A stretch of DNA of 64,000 bases from Prorocentrum cordatum (lineage: Eukaryota). Under the pieces are notes generated by a model that was given only the letters and a program-made list of their open reading frames with translations, ran no database searches and was not told the DNA's origin. Made by a program: the position numbers and the translations under genes. This document shows positions 12,533-26,870 of the stretch, one piece after another (within the stretch, counting starts at the first letter, position 1; each line of letters starts with the position of its first letter). The stretch spans positions 496,001 through 560,000 of the forward strand of contig CAUYUJ010000248.1 in assembly GCA_963575745.1 (NCBI GenBank), written 5' to 3'.

Positions 12533-12859
12533 ATCCTGGAAGAGCATGCCGATGACCGCTATGATGACCAGACGAAAGTTGGCGATCTTAGCCGCCAGCT
12601 TCGACCGCCTCGGCGCGGCGACGCTGGCCGTCAGCACCTTCCAGTCGAAGTCGCCCGCCGAGGCTTCGGCGCCAGCAGACTGGTCCTGGAACAGCTCGCA
12701 GAGCGCACAGTAGGCCACGATTTGCCCCAAGCCTGCCGCGGGGACTTCGGAGATGGTGCTGAGGTCGCTCAGGATGTCCTTGAAGGCGAGGCCCTTGGAC
12801 CGCGACAGGAACCCCGGCAGCTTGCCATTAATTTCCGGGGCGAAGGGGCCCATAGTCGC
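12533..12859 (-). pseudogene. Fragment of dinoflagellate chlorophyll a/c light-harvesting complex (LHC) gene
   Basis: ATMG..APEINGKLPGFLS.SKGLAFKDI...SEVPAAGLGQIVAYCALCELFQDQSAG..SAGDFDWKVLT...KLAAKIANFRL.IIAVIGMLFQD. The helix-3 ExxNGR motif is decayed and the N-terminus is missing. Confidence 0.9.
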
Positions 12860-13970
12860 ACCGCGCGGATGCGGATGCGGGGGGAATGCGACCCACAAGG
12901 GCTGCCCCCGGTAGCCTTGGCACGGCTCCGAATGCCCTGGGAGGGGGGCCGGAAAGCCAGATCGGGAGGCGTTCTCCCCCGCCCCCCGCCGCCCCCACCG
13001 CCCCGCCCAGCGGAGGGAAGGGGGGGGGGGAGGAGGGCACCTCACTATCAAAATTTCCTAACCCCCCCGCCCTTCGCACAGCCGACGGTGTCTTGTGAAT
13101 CACACGACCTCTCGACATTCGAAACACCTGCCCGCGCGCGCTACCCTTCCCCCGCGTACACACATGCAACTACGTGCGCAAAATGCCCATCAATCACGCA
13201 CACACCACGCCAATCCGCACGCGCTAACATTTTTTCGGGGGTGGCTTCCCATCGCAAGGAGACAACTCGAGACATAGGACGGGTCGGGATGCGCACCGCA
13301 AACACATATCGTTGAATGGTTTCCAACGGCAGGGGAAAACAAATCATCTCCGACCCTCCCCGTGCCGGCGGTGGGAGGGGACAAGTCCCCTCGTTGGCAC
13401 TGTTCCCTCATGGTTCGAGACCCCCGCTAATGCGAGCAAATCAAGACTGCTCACCAGCACAGATGGCGGCCCAGAGGCGAGGGATGGCCACACGCCGCCA
13501 GACCCCGGATCGGGACAGAGACCCCCGTTCTTATATCCAAGTGCATTCCATCGCACACCCCCGCGCAGCTGCACGCCACAACTGAGGTGGGCTACCGCCG
13601 CAGGACCGGCAGAAGCCGCACACCGAGCCGGCAGGAAACGCCGCCGGCGCGCGGCGGCCAGGCGCGGGCCGGCGCTCACGCCAAGGCGGCGCCAGAGGGA
13701 TGACGCCCCCAGAAGGGGTCGCCATAACCGCCCGCCGGTCCGCCCAAGGCACGCGCTACCCCCCCGCCCCCCCGAAGGAGCACAGCCGACACAACAGGAT
13801 CCTACGACCACCCTGGGAGGCATCGCGACCCCTCCCACCACAGCCGTAGTAGGCACGGGGGGCACAGGCCTGGGACGAGGGGGCTGCTCGCACCCAGATT
13901 CCTGCGCGGGGTTGGCCGCGCTAGCCCGCTAATCATCAAGGGTGGCCCAGACGAAAAATGCCGCCCCCTG

Positions 13971-15196
13971 GCGGACCAGCTCTGTCCGGCGCCGGCGGGC
14001 GAAATTGCCCATGCTGCCATCCGCTGCGAGACCAGCGGGATCCCAGAGATCCACGGGGCCCAGCGCGCACAGCATGCTCTTGACCGCCCCCTGCACGTCG
14101 TCCTGAACGAACGTGCCAATGATCGCAATCAGGGCCGAGGGAATGATGGCGATCTCAGCCTCCAACTTCGACCGCTTGGCTGCGGCGTCGCTGGACGTCA
14201 GCACCTTCCAAACGAAGTCGCCCGCCGTGGCATCGGCGCCAGCAGACTGCATGGTCCTGGAACAGCTCGCAGAACGCAAAATAAGCCACGATTTGCTCCC
14301 AGCCCGTCGCGGGAATCTTGGAGAGGGCGCCGAGGCCGTTCAGGACGTCCTCGACCGCGAGGCCCTTGGACGGCGACGGGAACCCTGGCAGCTTGCCAGT
14401 GATCTCAGGGGTGATGTAGCCCATAGTCGCCAGCATGCTTACAAGGCCGTGCATCGGTTCCATCTGGCGTCGGCGGGCGAAATCCTCCGCGCCGCCATCC
14501 GCTGCGAAACCAGCGGGACCCCAGGAGCCCGCGGAGTCTTGCGCGCCCAACTCGCCCTCGACCGCCCCCCCCCGCCGTCCTCGACGCCCCCCGCCGCCAC
14601 CTTCACGCCCTCGCCCCCTCCGTCCTCCATGCCCACGCCCTCGTCCTGGACGAACGCGCCGACGATCGCGGCCGCGGCGCTGCTGCCGACAGCCCCGGCG
14701 GCGAGGCCGGCGGCGCGGGCCAGGGCCGCCACGGCCGCCCAGAGGCCCGCGGCGGCCGCGGCCTCGCCGGCGGCGGCGGCGACGACGCAGGCGGCCGCGG
14801 CGGCGGCCCGAGGGGCGGCGGCGGCCGCGGCGGGGGCGCCCCGGCAGCGGCGGCCGCCACCGCGGCGGCGCCGGCCGCGCCACCAGCAGCAGCAGCAGCA
14901 GCAGCGCCGCCCGCGCCAGGCGCGCCGGCGGCCGCCGCGGCAGCCCGCGGCGCCAGCCCCGGGGGCGGCGCCGCGCGGCGACAGGCGGCCGCGCGCCGCT
15001 GGCGGCGGCGGCGGGCCGCAGGCGACTCCGCAAGCCAACGGGCGGCGCAGGCGACGCGGGCAGGGGCGCCCGGCGGCGTGGCCTGGCGGGCGGGGGGGAG
15101 AAGGGAGGGCCGACCTCCGCCCCCACCCCCGCGGGCGGGGAGGCCGGAGGCCAGGGGCAGGCCCCCGGCCGCGGCCGCGCAAGCTGGCTCGGCCAT
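13971..15196 (-). pseudogene. Processed pseudogene of an LHC polyprotein (one recognisable unit, end of the preceding unit, start of the next)
   Basis: ELGAQ...GPAGFAADG...FARRRQME..HGLVSMLATMGYITPEITGKLPG...CELFQD / frameshift / QSAG..AGDF.WKVLTSSD...AIIGTFVQD...WDPAGLAADGS..NFARRRRTEL. Intronless; ATG at 15196 directly follows SL repeats. Confidence 0.85.
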
Positions 15197-15226
15197 TTTG
15201 AGCCAGAGGGGCTCGAGCCAGAGGGG
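15197..15226 (-). other. Two tandem 15-nt relict SLs
   Basis: CCCCTCTGGCTCGAG and CCCCTCTGGCTCAAA vs the SL 3' 15-mer CCATTTTGGCTCAAG, lying between the full SL and the ATG. Confidence 0.8.
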
Positions 15227-15248
15227 CTTGAGCCAAAATGGCTACGGA
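15227..15248 (-). other. Perfect dinoflagellate spliced leader
   Basis: Reverse complement reads TCCGTAGCCATTTTGGCTCAAG (22/22). Confidence 0.97.
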
Positions 15249-15363
15249 CGCACACGCACACGCACGCACACGCACACGCACACACACATACACACATACA
15301 CACACACACACACACTCGCACACTCGCACACTCGCACACACTCACAAACACATGCACACACAC

Positions 15364-15426
<63 letters not shown>

Positions 15427-15437
15427 CACACTAACAC

Positions 15438-15481
<44 letters not shown>

Positions 15482-15515
15482 CACACTAACACACTAACAC
15501 ACACACACACACAAT

Positions 15516-15553
<38 letters not shown>

Positions 15554-15614
15554 CGCACACACACACACACACACACACGCACGCACTCCCCCACACACAC
15601 ACACACACACACGA

Positions 15615-15647
<33 letters not shown>

Positions 15648-15890
15648 CACACACACTCACACACACTCTCACACACACACAACAGCACAAACACAAACAA
15701 CAGCAGCCACGACAGCAACAGCAACCAGCAAAACAGCAGCAACCGCAGGGCACAACAGCAACAAGTCAAACAACAAGAGAGCAGACAACAGCTGCGCAAA
15801 CAACAAACAGCAACAAGGCAAGCAACAATGACAAAAACAACCAGACAAACAAGAACAGCAACAAGACAAACAATAGGAGCAACAAACAAC
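15249..15890. repeat. (CA)n then (CAA/CAG)-rich microsatellite
   Basis: Direct reading. Confidence 0.95.
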
Positions 15891-15911
15891 GGTGGCCAAT
15901 GTAGGCTCAAG
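15889..15911 (+). other. Degenerate SL relic
   Basis: ACGGTGGCCAATGTAGGCTCAAG, followed by an ATG (~15943) and a GC3-rich Lys-rich coding fragment. Confidence 0.5.
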
Positions 15912-16671
15912 CATTCCAAGCCAGCTGAGGACGCAGCGTTCCATGGTCGAGTCGGACAGCGACGATCGTCCGAGCGGTCGAGCTTGAGGGCAAGAAGGTC
16001 AAGCTCGAGGTCAAGCCGGACGACGTGAAGGTCAAGCTGGAGGACAAGAAGGGCTCCTGCAAGCTCGGGGACAAGAAGAGCAAGCTGGAGGTCAAGCTCG
16101 GCCCTGAGGAGAAGCGCAGGCGCTTCTGCAAGCCCGCAACGACGAGGCAGCGCGATGCCTCGCACTCGGCGCCGAGCCCCGCTTCGCTTCCAGCCTCGGC
16201 TCCGAGTCCTGACTCAGCCCTGAGGCGCCTCGCGAGCCGCTGGGGGCTCTGAGCGAGGTGCTTTCGGGCAGAGTGAGGACGAGGTGATGGGGGCCCTCAG
16301 CGAGGCGGCCCCCAGCCTCGAGGGCGCCAGCGAGGGGGGGGAATGCCAGAACACCAAAACCAACGACACAAAGAACAAAAGCACACGCAAGCAGCACAAC
16401 ACGCGCAAGCAACAGCAGCGGCCACACAGACGACAGCAACAGCAACCAGCACAACAACAGCACCACCAACAACAGCAGAAGCAGCAGCAAGCACAACAGC
16501 AACACCAGCAGCCGACGCAGCAGCAAGCCACAGCAGCAACACAACAAGCAAGAACAACAAGCGACCACTAGGGAGCTCCAACGACAAGCTAACAACAGAA
16601 CGCTGACAAGAAGAAGGAAACAACAAGCAGCAGACAATGACGCGCCAACGACAGCCAGAAGCCCACAACCT

Positions 16672-16693
16672 TCCGTAGCCACGTTGGCTCGAG
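16672..16693 (+). other. Degenerate SL relic
   Basis: TCCGTAGCCACGTTGGCTCGAG, 19/22. Confidence 0.85.
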
Positions 16694-18539
16694 GTTTTCT
16701 GTTTCGAGCTATTGCAGCTTTGCAGCGAGAATCCGGCGCCCACGCCGACGAAGCAGACGAGCGCGTCGAGCCTCTGGGGCCCGCGGACCTCGCCGCCCGA
16801 GGCCCCGAGCTCGCACGAGAAGCTGAGAACCTCGCCCTACGAGACGGCCGAATCCGCCGCGAGCTTCTACAAGCAACTCGAGGCCACGAGGCTCGAGGCT
16901 GAGACGTCCGAGCAGGATTCCTCGCCCTCGTCTTACTTCTCTTATATATTATTATGTGTTACGTTCCTTTTCCCTTTCGGATCGAAGTTGCTGTCGCTTC
17001 GCGCCGGCTAGCAGCGGCTTCGAGAACGCTTTGCCCCCCTTCTTTCTTCTTCCCCTGCCCCTTATACCCCCCCTTCCGCCCCCCCCCCCTGGGCCCGCGC
17101 TCGTTCATCCCCGGGGTTGCTCATCTCCCGCGGGGCCCCACCGTGGACCCCAACATGCGAGATTGAAAACGATTGTCCGGAAAATATGTTACATGTATAT
17201 GAATACTAGTAGATTAATTAATTTAAAAAAGTGCACTCATCATATTCAACAATATATATATATATACATATATATATATAAGCCCCGGAACAAAAATAAT
17301 AATATTATTATAGATATACACACATATATATATGTATATAGAATCCTGGGGCCAGCCTCTTCTCCCTTCCGTCCCCCACCATAATTATTCCTCTCTTCCT
17401 GCTCGTACTCCGACGAGTAGTATTACAACCAACCCGCGCGGTAAAGATGAGCAATCTCGTTGCCCTTGCATTCTTGCCACTTCTGCCAACCCCTGGGCCT
17501 TCCAAGGACCTTGCATCTTTACCGCGCATCCCTAGTACACGAGTCGACTGCAATACTACAAGCCCACAAGCCCCACACACACACACACCACCCACCCACC
17601 CACCCACCCACCCACCCACCCACCCACCCAGCCGCCCACCCACCCATCCACCCACCCACCCACCCACCCACCCACGCAGGAGCGCGTCGCGGCCGCGGCC
17701 GCGCGCCGAGAGCTTGCGAGCGCCGAGGGCAAGGCCCTCGCCCCGGACGACCTCGGCCGAGGCGCGGAGCGAGGTTTTGGCAAGGGCGGCAGGCCACAGG
17801 GCTCGAGCGCGGAGTACAAGGGAACGCACATGCCCCGAGCCGCGCCCACGCTGCGACGAGACCCTTCGGCGCCGCCCAAGCTCCAGACCCCCCTCGACTG
17901 GAGCAAGCGCGCGGGCGAGCACAACGCGAAGAAGTTCGCCTCCTTGCCTACTCGAGCGAGGGTCGAGCTGCAGAACAAGTGGCACTGGGGCCACGAGACG
18001 GTCACCCGATGGCACGGCCTTCGAGCTGCCCTCGAGAGGAGGGTTGCCACGGCGAGGCTCGGCAAGCACGGCCTCCGAGGCTGCGGGTGCGCCCGAGTGA
18101 ATCGGCACAGGCGCAAGAGGAGCCGAGGCGCCAGGCCGCCCCGCGAGATCCCAGGTGAGGTCACAGCCAAGCGCCCGCTCGAGAGCACCATGCACAGCCT
18201 GGAGTGCTGGTTCAAGCGGGAGCGCGAGCACGGTCACGAGGTCAGGAAGAATACCATTCTGACGCGGTTACGCTACGAGCTGGCCTTCGAGCAGGACAAG
18301 CAGCTCCACCTGCAGAAGATCGGCCACAATAGCTACAACGACGAGGCCCGCAGGAGGGTGACCAAGCACCTGAGTACCTCCCAGACCAACCAGACGACCA
18401 AGAAGGACATGCAGCAGGTGGACGAGCTCGTCCTCTCGAGGCCGAACGCGAGCGGGCGCAAGGGCCAGCGCTTCTCCGACCAGAGGAAGCAGAGCCTCAG
18501 CAAGGACGAGGCAAAGCTGACCTGGGCCACTGCCGACAG

Positions 18540-19982
<1,443 letters not shown>

Positions 19983-22591
19983 GTTCGCGAAACTGGTGGC
20001 GGGGGGCGGCTCCGAGGACCTCAGCCTCTTCGTCGGGGGCCCCGTGACCTTCGCCGAGCACAGGGCCAGCGCGCGCGCGGTCGTCGTCGACGCCACCAAG
20101 CTCTGGCTCAAGCTGCTGGGCGTGGAGAAGGCGCACGTCCACGACAGCAGGGTCTACGCCGCGAGCGCCAAGAAACGCATCGAGAGCCCCCGCAAGAAGT
20201 ACCGCGGGACGCACATCGAGCAGGACAAGGCAGCCTTCGAGGCTGAGAAGGCCAAGCATTTGGCAGAGCACCCCGACCACAAGGCGCAAGTGGAGCAGGC
20301 CTACTCGAGCGCAGGGGACAAGTACAGGATCGCCCTCATCAGCATCTCCGCGGTCGAGAATTGGTTCGACCCGAGCAGGGAGCCGAAGGCCGCCGAGAAG
20401 CGCGCCCCTTGCCCCCTGCGCCAGGCACTGCCGAGTCAGCGACGCGAACCTCGAGAAGGGCACCTGGCGGCGCGACGTCACCTACGAGCGGAGCGATGGC
20501 GAGGCGGAGCGCTTCCGCGCAGGCAAGCCCCAAGGAGCATTGGGCTGGCGCAACGCCCTGCTCGAGTTCTCCGGGGCGGACCGCGCGAGGGTCTTCGAGG
20601 CCATCGGCGCGCGGGGGCAGCCGAGAGCCTGGACGGACGAGCTGGTAGCAAGCTGGACCATCGACTTCATCAGGCAGGAGCACGGCCAGAGCCTCGTGTT
20701 CGCAGACTGCCTCTCGAGCCAGTGGACCGAGGCAGCGGCGCTCCGAGCGCGGCTCAAGAATGTCACCCACGCGCCCATGGCCCCCGACGCCTCGAGCTTC
20801 TTGCCAGAGCCCGACACCCGCGAGCACGGCCAGCTCACGGCCAAGATCCGAGTGGTCAAGGCCGAGATGCACTGGGCCATGGAGCAAGACTGGATCCAGA
20901 AGGCCATGGGCGATCCTCAGAAGCAGCACAAGTCCCCGACACAATGGGGGCCCTACGAGTGTCTCTACTGCGTCTCCGAGGCCCGCACCCGCTTCCGCGA
21001 GCAGAACATGGACGCGGCGCCGCTCCAAGGGCTGCCACCAGCCGAAATGCTCGCAGTCCGGCCGACAGAGCAAGGCGAGCTCAAGGTCGTCACGGGCATG
21101 GAGCCGTGGAGCTACTCCATCGAGCCCGGCCGCGGCATCGAGAACAGCCCGGCGAAAGAACGCCTCGAGGGCATCCAGAGCTGGCCCGAGGGCGCGCCGC
21201 CCGTGCCCGAGTGGAGCGCCCTCGACGGCAACTGCTTGCACAACGACGACTTGCCGAGGGACTACAAGCAGGACGAGAACACCTGCCTCCTGGAGCTCAA
21301 AGAGCTGGACCTCGAGCTCACCGGCGAGCAGAAGGACATGCTCAGAACGCCCGAGGACAGGATCAAGGAGATCCAGTTCCCGCGCGCCCTCCAGATCCGG
21401 GCCAAGGTCGCGCGATCAAGTGCTCGCAAGAACAGGTGGGCGCCCGATGTCGCGGGCCAGCTCCCGGGCAAGCACGCTCGCAATTGACAGCGCGAAAAGG
21501 CCAAGACTGACGGCGAGACCTCGCTCGAGCACCTCAGCAGTGGCGCGGCCAGGGCGAGGCTCGCAGGCAGGCCGCCGAAGGCGCGCGCGAGCTCCTCCAA
21601 GAAGTTCGAGCAGAAGAAGCAGGCGGAAAGGACGCCGAGAAGCAGGACAAGGCCAAGAAGAAAGGAGGCCTCGAGGCTTGCGAGGGGCCCCCCTGGCACG
21701 GCAAGGTGGCGCGCGTCACCGAGAAGTGCGTCCACAAGCGCAGGCGCGGCAGAGTGCAGGGCGCCCGGCAAGTCCCGGGCACTTAGGACGAGCACCGCCT
21801 GCGCGCCCTCGAGCCGCAGACCGCGGCGATCTACCAGATCGAGAGAAGCAGGGCTGGGAGGGCCACAGACACTCGTTAGCTTCCGCCTGCTTCTGCCTCG
21901 AGATGCGGAAGCAAGCGGAAGTTAGCGGAGACAAAAAGAAGCGACGGCGGAAGCAGGCGGAAGCAACACGAGGCGGAAGCAGGCGGCCGCTAGCGAGCGC
22001 CTGCGAATCCCGAGCGCCACAGGCCACGATCGAGCAGGACTACAAGTTCCCCAGGCCGCACAAGCTCGACTGGCGCCAGACCAGACAGACTCGCCGCGCC
22101 GAGCTCGCCAAGGAGCACGCGATCATGAACTGCGAGCAGATCGTCAAGGGCGACGCCCTCGAGCTGGCCACAGTGCGCGCGCTGCTGGGCGAGATCGAGG
22201 AGCGCGCGGGCGCCCCCGAGACCGTTCCGGCGGTCGAGCCCACGGCGGCCGTCGCCTTGGCTCGAGAGGGCCAGGGCGAGGACGCGCCCGCCGCCCAGCC
22301 GCTCGAGGAGCAGAAGCGCTGGGCCGAGAGGGTCGACAAGGCCCAGCACGCGCCGGTCTGCGCGCACTCCGAGGCGCCCGCGCACTACACGCACCTCAAG
22401 GTCGGCGGTTGCTATAATGGCCCCTCCCCCAAGGTGCCCCCAGCGTTTCGCTCCGGTTTGAAGTGGGTCCTGGAGGCGCCCTGGGCAGGGGGCACCTGTG
22501 GCAATCCCCGCCAAGGTCTCGAGGATCGGCGGGGGGCGTCGCGGCGGAGTGCCGCGACGCCCTCAAGCAGCCGCCCGAGAACGCTAAGCAG

Positions 22592-22741
22592 GCCCGGAGG
22601 GGCCACATGCGACTTCGCACCTGCACCCCACGATGTCTGAGGGGGGGGGTAGGGTTCGCTGCGTTCGGGAGCTGCCGAACGAAGTGAGCCCCGCCTTCCT
22701 CCTCAGAACTCCCGGGTAGGGCCCGCGCGTGGCCCCCCAAG
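22592..22741 (+). other. GC-AG hairpin intron, homologous to the palindromic element at 34440
   Basis: Splicing gives ENAKQ|TAARI..CPAPSNKQCQADGGSCG in frame. Internal inverted repeat TCTGAGGGGG...CCTCCTCAGA; shares GGCCACATGCGA and GTGGCCCCC ends with the 34440 copy. Confidence 0.65.
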
Positions 22742-24237
22742 ACCGCCGCGAGGATTCCCCGCAAGCTCGGCGCCATTGGCCCTGGCGAAAGATGCCCGGC
22801 ACCGAGCAACAAACAGTGCCAAGCTGACGGTGGGAGCTGCGGTCTGTGGACGAGTCGCTGGATCGAGCGCGCCTCGCGCGAGATCCGAGGCGAGGGCCGC
22901 CACGCGCCAGCGAGCCCCAACACTATGGTCGCTCGAGGCAGCGAGTCAAGGAGGCCAGCGACGACGACTTGGCGACGGCCAAGGTCAGGGCCAAGGCCAA
23001 GCACAAGTCCAACCCTGCAAGGGCCCCGCGGCGGCCGAGCCGAAGCACGCCACCTTCGAGGAGGCAAGCGCCGCCGCCCAGCTTTGCAGCAAGTGCCCCC
23101 CATGCAAGGACGGCCCCAAGGGATGCCGCGCTTGCGTGGGAGAGCGGTTTGAAGTCCAGCGCAAGAGAGGTTTCTTGACCAGATCGGCCAGGACCTCTCT
23201 TGCGCTGGCAAAATGTAGGCACGAGCTGCGAGGTCTATCGAATCAGCCTTGTGCCGAGCGCCTGCTTAGCCACGATCCTCGAGATCTCTCGAGTCAGCCT
23301 CGTGCCGAGCGCCCAGGATCATCGTCGTCATCGCCTTAGTTAACCTTCCCCGGGAAAATATTGCAGTGTCCCCGCCAGAACCCCGAACTTTATTATCCTC
23401 GAAAAATGATTGTCGCTTGCGCCGGGTTAACCGGGAGCCCCCGGCCAGGAATTGGGAGTTTGGAGCCAGGGTTTCGGAATGCAGGATTTGGAACATGCGA
23501 TCGGGAATTGGGAATGCGGGGGAAAGGCAAAACGGAGTATAGTAATATGTATATATATATACATACATACATACATATACCTATACATACATACATACAT
23601 GCATGCATACATACATACGTACACACATGTTGTTTCATGTAGACGTACATGTGTTGGTATACATGATGAGCGCATGCAGATATGTGTATATATGTACAGC
23701 GAAACTGCATTTCATGTCTATATATATACACATACGTACCTACAGGGAAAAGGATACGGGCACACAAATATACCAATCAGACAGAAAGAGGGGGTGGGTA
23801 GAGAGAGAAAGAGTGAAATCTGAATACGTCCTCAAATCTGCCAATACGTACACACCAAAATAATGCGGATGGACACTTATGCACTTGGTATGTATGTATG
23901 TACGTGTGTATGTACGCATGTCGATTTGTATGTATGCATGTTTGTATGTATGTAAGTATAGTTATGTCGCTGTAGACAGGGAAGGAGGTTTGGATGGAGA
24001 GAAGAAGAAGAAAGGTATATATTGTCAAATGTCCACGCATGTACATGAAGAGTTTGTGTGTACGTGAAAAGAGGTACAACCATACATACACATATATATG
24101 TAAGTTATGCGGATATGAAAATGTAGATAAAACTATACATGTGTACTCTGTTCACGGAAACGCACGTGGGGATACCTCAAACACAAAAGGTAAGGTTCCA
24201 CATACGTATATACATAGATGTATATATAATACATACA

Positions 24238-24271
<34 letters not shown>

Positions 24272-24559
24272 CAGCACGAAGAGAAAGAGAGAGAGAGGGG
24301 GGAGGGGAGTTAAAGAGAGAAAGAGAAACAAACAGAGAGAGAGAGTAAGAGGGTGAGAGAGGGGGCGCGGCCCATGCATGTACAAGTATATTGAGGATGT
24401 GGATTATGTTCACGTGTTCAGGGCTATACATGTATATGTATGGAGCAGGAGACAGAGAGAAAAACGAGTATGGAGAACCAGCTAACACATAATCGAGAGG
24501 GAAGGAGAGGAGACAGAGAGAAAGAGAGGAGAGAAAGAGAAAGAGAAACCCCAGAACAA

Positions 24560-24842
24560 CCGGGAACTGGGAACCAGAAGCGGGGAAATGGGAACCGGAA
24601 ACCGGGAACCGGAAACCGGGAATCGGGAACAAGGAACCGGGAATTGGGAAACGGGAGCGGGGAACCAGGAACCAGGAACCGGGAACGGGGAGCCGGGAGC
24701 CGGGAGACGGGAACCGGGAACTGCCAGAAGTTGGGAGCCACGAGCCGGGAATTTGGAGCCGGGAACCAGGAACTTGGAATTGGGAAGTTGGAGTTGGGAA
24801 CGCAGGACTTGGGACATGTGTTCGGGAACTGGGGAACCGGGG
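24560..24842. repeat. GGGAACC/GGGAATT 7-mer minisatellite
   Basis: Direct reading. Confidence 0.9.
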
Positions 24843-25574
24843 GGGAGGGGGGAAAGGAGGAAAATATAGCAATATCCACACATATGTTAAGGGAGAAAGA
24901 ATAACATACCTATACATATACTATGCATTTACATAATAAAACGTATAGGTCAACGATTACACAATATAGACCCAATATATTGTTTTACATGTTTTGACAC
25001 ACATGGCACATGCACATATATGGTATGTAATATATATATATCTATAATTATAATTATATATTTACATAATATACATATATATGCATATACATCTACATAT
25101 ATACATATATCTGCATATTTAATGTAATATGTAATGTCAGGTTTCCTCTGTACTATATTAGAAACTGTAAAAACCACTTTGCATATATATATATAATATA
25201 ATATATAATATATATATATTAAATACAGTATGTCCATAGATTTGAATATGTAAGCATACATACATCCATTCATAATAACATACATACTACACACGTACAT
25301 ACTAACATACATTACAAACATACATACTACATACATACATAACACCACATACATACATGCAATACATACAACACATAGTGGACATACATACAATTCACGG
25401 ATGCACATATATACAGGAATACGCATACATACTTTAATTTACCACACAGCATCCATATATATATATAATATATATATATATATTATTTTAGAAATGCTCC
25501 GAGATATAAAATCATATCTATATAATATATATAATATAATGGTATATATATAGTCTGAGTATTTCAATAGTTCT

Positions 25575-26060
25575 GGGCCCCCAGATTACGGAGGTCCCCC
25601 TGTGAGTCAAGGGCCCGCTCCCCAGACTGCAAGGGCCCCCTCCCCAACGTACAAATAACCACCCACCGGACTACAAGGACCCCCCTGGACTAAAAGGGCC
25701 CCACCCCCCCTGGACTACAGGAACCCATCCCCGCACTACAGGGACGCCCCCCCGGACTACAGTCACCCCCGCCCAGCACAGCAGGTGCTACGGATTGCCA
25801 GTGACTGGCCTTTGTCTCGGAGAAGGGCTCCTCGCACGCGCGCGCGCTGCCAGCGGAATTGCCGTGCTGTTTGCCGACTCGATTGCGCGCGCGCTCGTGC
25901 AAAGCGCATTGTGTGCGTTGTGCGTGGGCTACACGAGCTCCGCCACGAACTTCAAGGGCCCCCCCTGGACTACAAGGGCACCCCCCCAGACTACAAGGGC
26001 CCCCCGGAACCCCGCCCCGGACTAGACGGCCCCCCCAGGACTACAGGGGCCCCACTCGGA
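25575..26060. repeat. ~20-bp GGACTACAAGGGCCCCCC minisatellite in two blocks
   Basis: Units at 25669-25765 and 25950-26055. Confidence 0.8.
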
Positions 26061-26870
26061 TTATTGGCCACCCCAAAACTATTGAGGTATTCAGAGTCTA
26101 CATACAGTTAGCATTTATGCATACATATATGTATGTATATAGTTATAGAGAGAGAAGGAGAGAAATACACGATTCCATATACACATATACATATATGCAC
26201 AGAGAAAGAGGCAGAGAGAGAGAGTGATATCTGAACTGCCCTTAGAGGTATCAAGACGTACTCACTATATACGTACACACATAGGTGAAGACGCATGAAC
26301 TTAATGTACACATGTATGTATGTATGTATGTATGTATGTATGTATGCATGCATGTATGGATGGATGTATGTATGTATGTATGTTTCTTTGTCGTTGTAGA
26401 GGAGGAGGTAGGTACAGAGAAAAAGGGAAGAGTGGCACAGATAATCAGATCGTTACGCATGTCAGAGAACTGTGCATCCAGTATTACTACATAAACATAA
26501 GCACTTGTGTATCGACCTATGCTTATTCAAATACATATATACAATATTGTAGACATATACACCAAGAGAGGAAGAGAGGAAGGCACCAGGTAGACTTAAG
26601 TGCTCAATGGGCATCCATACATTTGTGTACACAGAAAAACGGGCGTGACCGATAGACATATATTCATATTTACACATGTACCCGAGGCGATTATGTACAT
26701 ACATATATATGGTAGCCCCCCCCCACATGATCATACATATTTCTTTTTTTGCTACTCCTCTTCCTCGCGCGCCCTGGGGGGGGAGGGCCTGGGGCTTCCT
26801 GGGGCTTCCTGAGGCCTCCTGGCCTTCCCGAGTCTTCCGAAACGCTTCCTGGGGCTTCCCGAAGCCTCCT

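Noticed and set aside
12533..14565. Functional LHC genes
   Set aside because: Chlorophyll-binding ExxH/NxR motifs are mutated; frameshift and truncations present.
15943..16252. Ubiquitin-like fragment (GKKVKLEVKPDDVKVKLEDKKG)
   Set aside because: The resemblance is short and low-complexity, and the ubiquitin C-terminal half is absent.
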